A stretch of DNA of 61,499 bases, filler included. It is 6 parts of 6 records of this genome, joined end to end, with 100 filler letters (N's around TTAATTAATTAA, not from the genome) between each part and the next. Parts side by side here need not be neighbours in the genome. Positions count along the whole stretch, not along the records: positions 46,077 to 61,499 come from DRR723986_15144; 5 more parts are not named here. One strand, given 5' to 3'. The translations under genes and the position numbers were made by a program. Within the stretch, counting starts at the first letter, position 1. Every line of letters begins with the position of its first letter. Shown here piece after piece: positions 59,118-61,499 of the stretch. Under the pieces are notes generated by a model that was not told the DNA's origin, did not search any database, and was given only the letters and a program-made list of their open reading frames with translations.

Positions 59118-61253
59118 ATGGCCCAACGTAACAGTGACTCGCCCCTGCTTAGTGCATGCCTGATAATTCGCAATGAAAGCGCGCTCCTGCCGGAGTGTCT
59201 GGCTTCAATTCGTTCTGTAGTGGACGAAATTGTTGTTGTCGATACGGGTTCAAGTGACGACAGCATCAAGATTGCAGAACAGGCCGGGGCACGTGTTTTA
59301 CAGTTTCCCTGGTCGGAAGATTTTTCGGCGGCACGCAATGTTGGCCTGGAGGCAGCACGTGGCCGCTGGATTCTAAGTATTGACGCCGATGAGCGTTTGG
59401 GCACACCTGACCTGCTGCTCAAAGCAGTACACCAGGCTGAGGCCGCGGTAGGTGCTATTCTGCTGCAGGTTGTCTCCGAGCGCAAAACCGAAGAGGGCAA
59501 AACCGATAGAGTCGTCAACAGCCTGCCGCGTCTGTTTCGGCGCGATGAGCGCATTCGTTACAGCGGGCGCATCCACGAGCAGATATTTGATGCGCTTCAG
59601 GCAGCGGAGTTTAAGCTGGAAGAATCTGAGATTGTCCTGCAGCACCTGGGTTACAACCTGGATGCCGCCGAGTTGAACGCCAAGATAGAACGCAACCTTA
59701 GACTGATCGACCTGGAGATTGCCGATAATCCCGGCAATGCCTACATGCGCTTTCAGCGTGGCAAAACGCTGCTGGGATTGCAGCAACGCAATGAAGCTCT
59801 GGCGGAATTTGAGGCAGCACTGGAACACAGCAGCGAAAACACTATCCGTGTGCAGCTCCTTAACCATGCGGCCATGATTTATCTGGAACTGGGACGCATG
59901 GCCGACGCCCGCAAGCTGACGGCCGAGTCGCTCGAACTGGCTCCGGGCCAAACATTTGCACATTTTATTCTGGGTGAAACCGCCGCAAAAGACGGTGACC
60001 ACAGAACTGCGCTGGATCACTTCAAGGCGATGCAGCTAATCGCCGAAAACCCGGATACCAGCAGCCGCGTAGCCGGTGACTTCCAGCTGCCACCCGAGCA
60101 GATTCACTTCCGCATCGGCCGCGAATCATTGGCGCTGGGCGACAGGGAAAGTGCCGAGCGCGCATTCCGCCTGGCGCTGCAGTTTAATCCGGACGACGCC
60201 GGCAGCAAGGCCGGACTGGCAGCCATCGATACACCGCTGCTCACGCTGAATATGATCGTCAAAAACGAGGAGCAGCGCCTGCCCGCCTGCCTCAACAGCG
60301 TACGCGGCGTGGTTGATGAAATCGTGATTTACGACACGGGCTCAACGGACAGGACTATCGAAATTGCGGAGGCAGCAGGCGCACGCGTAATTCGTGGCGC
60401 ATGGAAAAATGACTTTGCCGCCGCGCGCAACGAGGCCCTCAAACAGGCGCGCGGGCTCTGGATTTTATATCTGGATGCCGACGAGCGCATCGAGCCGGAT
60501 CAGGCGCGCCTCATGCGTCAGCTGATTGTCTCTGCACCCGACGATGTTGGCGGTTTTGTCTGCACATTAATCAGTCCACATGCCCAGGCCGGTGGCGGCT
60601 CCAAACTGCACACAGCGGGATACCCGCGCCTGTTCCGCAACTACGGCTACCCCAAAATTAAGTTCGTGCACCGCGTGCACGAGCAGATTTCGCCTTCAAT
60701 CAAAGAACTCGGCAAACAAATTGCACCGTCGGAGATTCGGATCCACCACGCCGGCTACGACGACAGCCCTGCGGTCATCAAGGGCAAAATGGAGCGTAAT
60801 TATCACCTCCTGATTGCCCAGGTTCGCGACGAGCCGCAGAACGCCTACGCCTGGTTTCAACTAGGGCAAACTTTGAACTTGATGGGGCTTGGTGAGCAGG
60901 CCGAGCAAGCATTTAACATGTCGCTACAGATTGGCGAGCTGCCGGCGCACATTGCTTCGTCCATCAACGCTTCGCTTGCACACATCCACGGCCAGCGCCG
61001 CAATTTTGGCGAAGCGCTCCGGTATGCGGACAAGAGTATCCAGCATGCTCCCCAGCAGATTTTTGCGTACAATTTGCGCGCTTATGCGCTGCTGTATCTG
61101 GAACGTTATGCTGAGGCCGTCACCGCTTTTGAGGACACGCTGGCGCGGATGGATGCGCAGCGCGGCACACCGCAGGCCGCTTTTGAAGTTGAGCTGGACC
61201 GCAAGCTGGTGGAAGATGGACTGGCCAGTGCACATGCGCGCGTGCGGCCGTAA
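59118..61253 (+). CDS. Tandem GT2-TPR-GT2-TPR glycosyltransferase
   Basis: Two complete sets of DTGS, DFxAARN, DADE, RLFR and HEQ motifs, each followed by TPR-like repeats. Confidence 0.88.
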   Translation: MAQRNSDSPLLSACLIIRNESALLPECLASIRSVVDEIVVVDTGSSDDSIKIAEQAGARVLQFPWSEDFSAARNVGLEAARGRWILSIDADERLGTPDLLLKAVHQAEAAVGAILLQVVSERKTEEGKTDRVVNSLPRLFRRDERIRYSGRIHEQIFDALQAAEFKLEESEIVLQHLGYNLDAAELNAKIERNLRLIDLEIADNPGNAYMRFQRGKTLLGLQQRNEALAEFEAALEHSSENTIRVQLLNHAAMIYLELGRMADARKLTAESLELAPGQTFAHFILGETAAKDGDHRTALDHFKAMQLIAENPDTSSRVAGDFQLPPEQIHFRIGRESLALGDRESAERAFRLALQFNPDDAGSKAGLAAIDTPLLTLNMIVKNEEQRLPACLNSVRGVVDEIVIYDTGSTDRTIEIAEAAGARVIRGAWKNDFAAARNEALKQARGLWILYLDADERIEPDQARLMRQLIVSAPDDVGGFVCTLISPHAQAGGGSKLHTAGYPRLFRNYGYPKIKFVHRVHEQISPSIKELGKQIAPSEIRIHHAGYDDSPAVIKGKMERNYHLLIAQVRDEPQNAYAWFQLGQTLNLMGLGEQAEQAFNMSLQIGELPAHIASSINASLAHIHGQRRNFGEALRYADKSIQHAPQQIFAYNLRAYALLYLERYAEAVTAFEDTLARMDAQRGTPQAAFEVELDRKLVEDGLASAHARVRP

Positions 61254-61354
61254 GAGGTTTGTTTAGAAATGAGCAATCAGGGAGGGCACACGGTGAAGCA
61301 CGCTTGCCGTGTTGGCTCACATTTCCTTAGAGAGTATTGAGATTTTCCGATATT

Positions 61355-61499
61355 TTGTCCTACAATAATTACCCTAAAGAATCCTGTTTTTATGCGACTT
61401 GCGGGGCTTTGGAGCGAGGGGTCTTCTTACAGGGTCTAAGGGTTTGGGGCTATTTGTCTTACAAGCTTGTCCTACAAGCTGTTAGCCCTAAGGGCTAAC
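61355..61499. repeat. Three TTGTCYTACAA copies and a terminal inverted repeat
   Basis: Copies at 61355-61365, 61454-61464 and 61467-61477; GTTAGCCCT-A-AGGGCTAAC at 61481-61499. Confidence 0.7.

Noticed and set aside
61481-61499. GTTAGCC/GGCTAAC as an integron attC site
   Set aside because: The core sites are in the wrong order and nearly adjacent, and no cassette array or integrase is present.

Overview
This window is not one locus. It is six contigs joined by five 100-nt linkers (N-run, TTAATTAATTAA, N-run), and the contigs appear to come from at least three organisms. Contigs 1 (1-5870) and 4 (22922-35571) are high-GC Alphaproteobacteria, Hyphomonas-like. Contig 1 carries a GT2 gene and the S10 ribosomal operon. 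Contig 4 carries ispG, a RodZ-like gene, ptsP, lysC, ubiG, an MFS transporter, an M20 peptidase, an Lcp/MpaB-like oxygenase with a divergent TetR, and uvrC. Contigs 2 (5971-11798) and 5 (35672-45976) look like Rhodobacteraceae (roseobacter). Contig 2 carries a DUF1194 pair, an LdtR-like MarR, sdhE, an aminotransferase and MATE. Contig 5 carries xerD, aroK, aroB, an MCP, ssb, an SLT gene and an ABC ATPase. Contigs 3 (11899-22821) and 6 (46077-61499) are lower-GC and come from a T9SS-bearing, probably non-Bacteroidia Bacteroidota (Kapabacteria/Ignavibacteria-like; inferred). The best candidate for an undescribed system is in contig 3: four tandem, diverged paralogues of a secreted T9SS-cargo protein of unknown function. 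Three of them retain conserved upstream motifs at fixed spacing and a conserved 3' double hairpin, and the array sits next to an OmpA protein, a lipoprotein and a NarL-type two-component system. Secondary candidates are the Lcp-like oxygenase/TetR unit, a Tudor-like gene with rpsU and GT2-TPR genes, and an operator- or arm-site-like repeat cluster at the window end. No CRISPR array, rRNA, tRNA or transposase was recognised. All family calls come from reading motifs by eye; no database searches were run.
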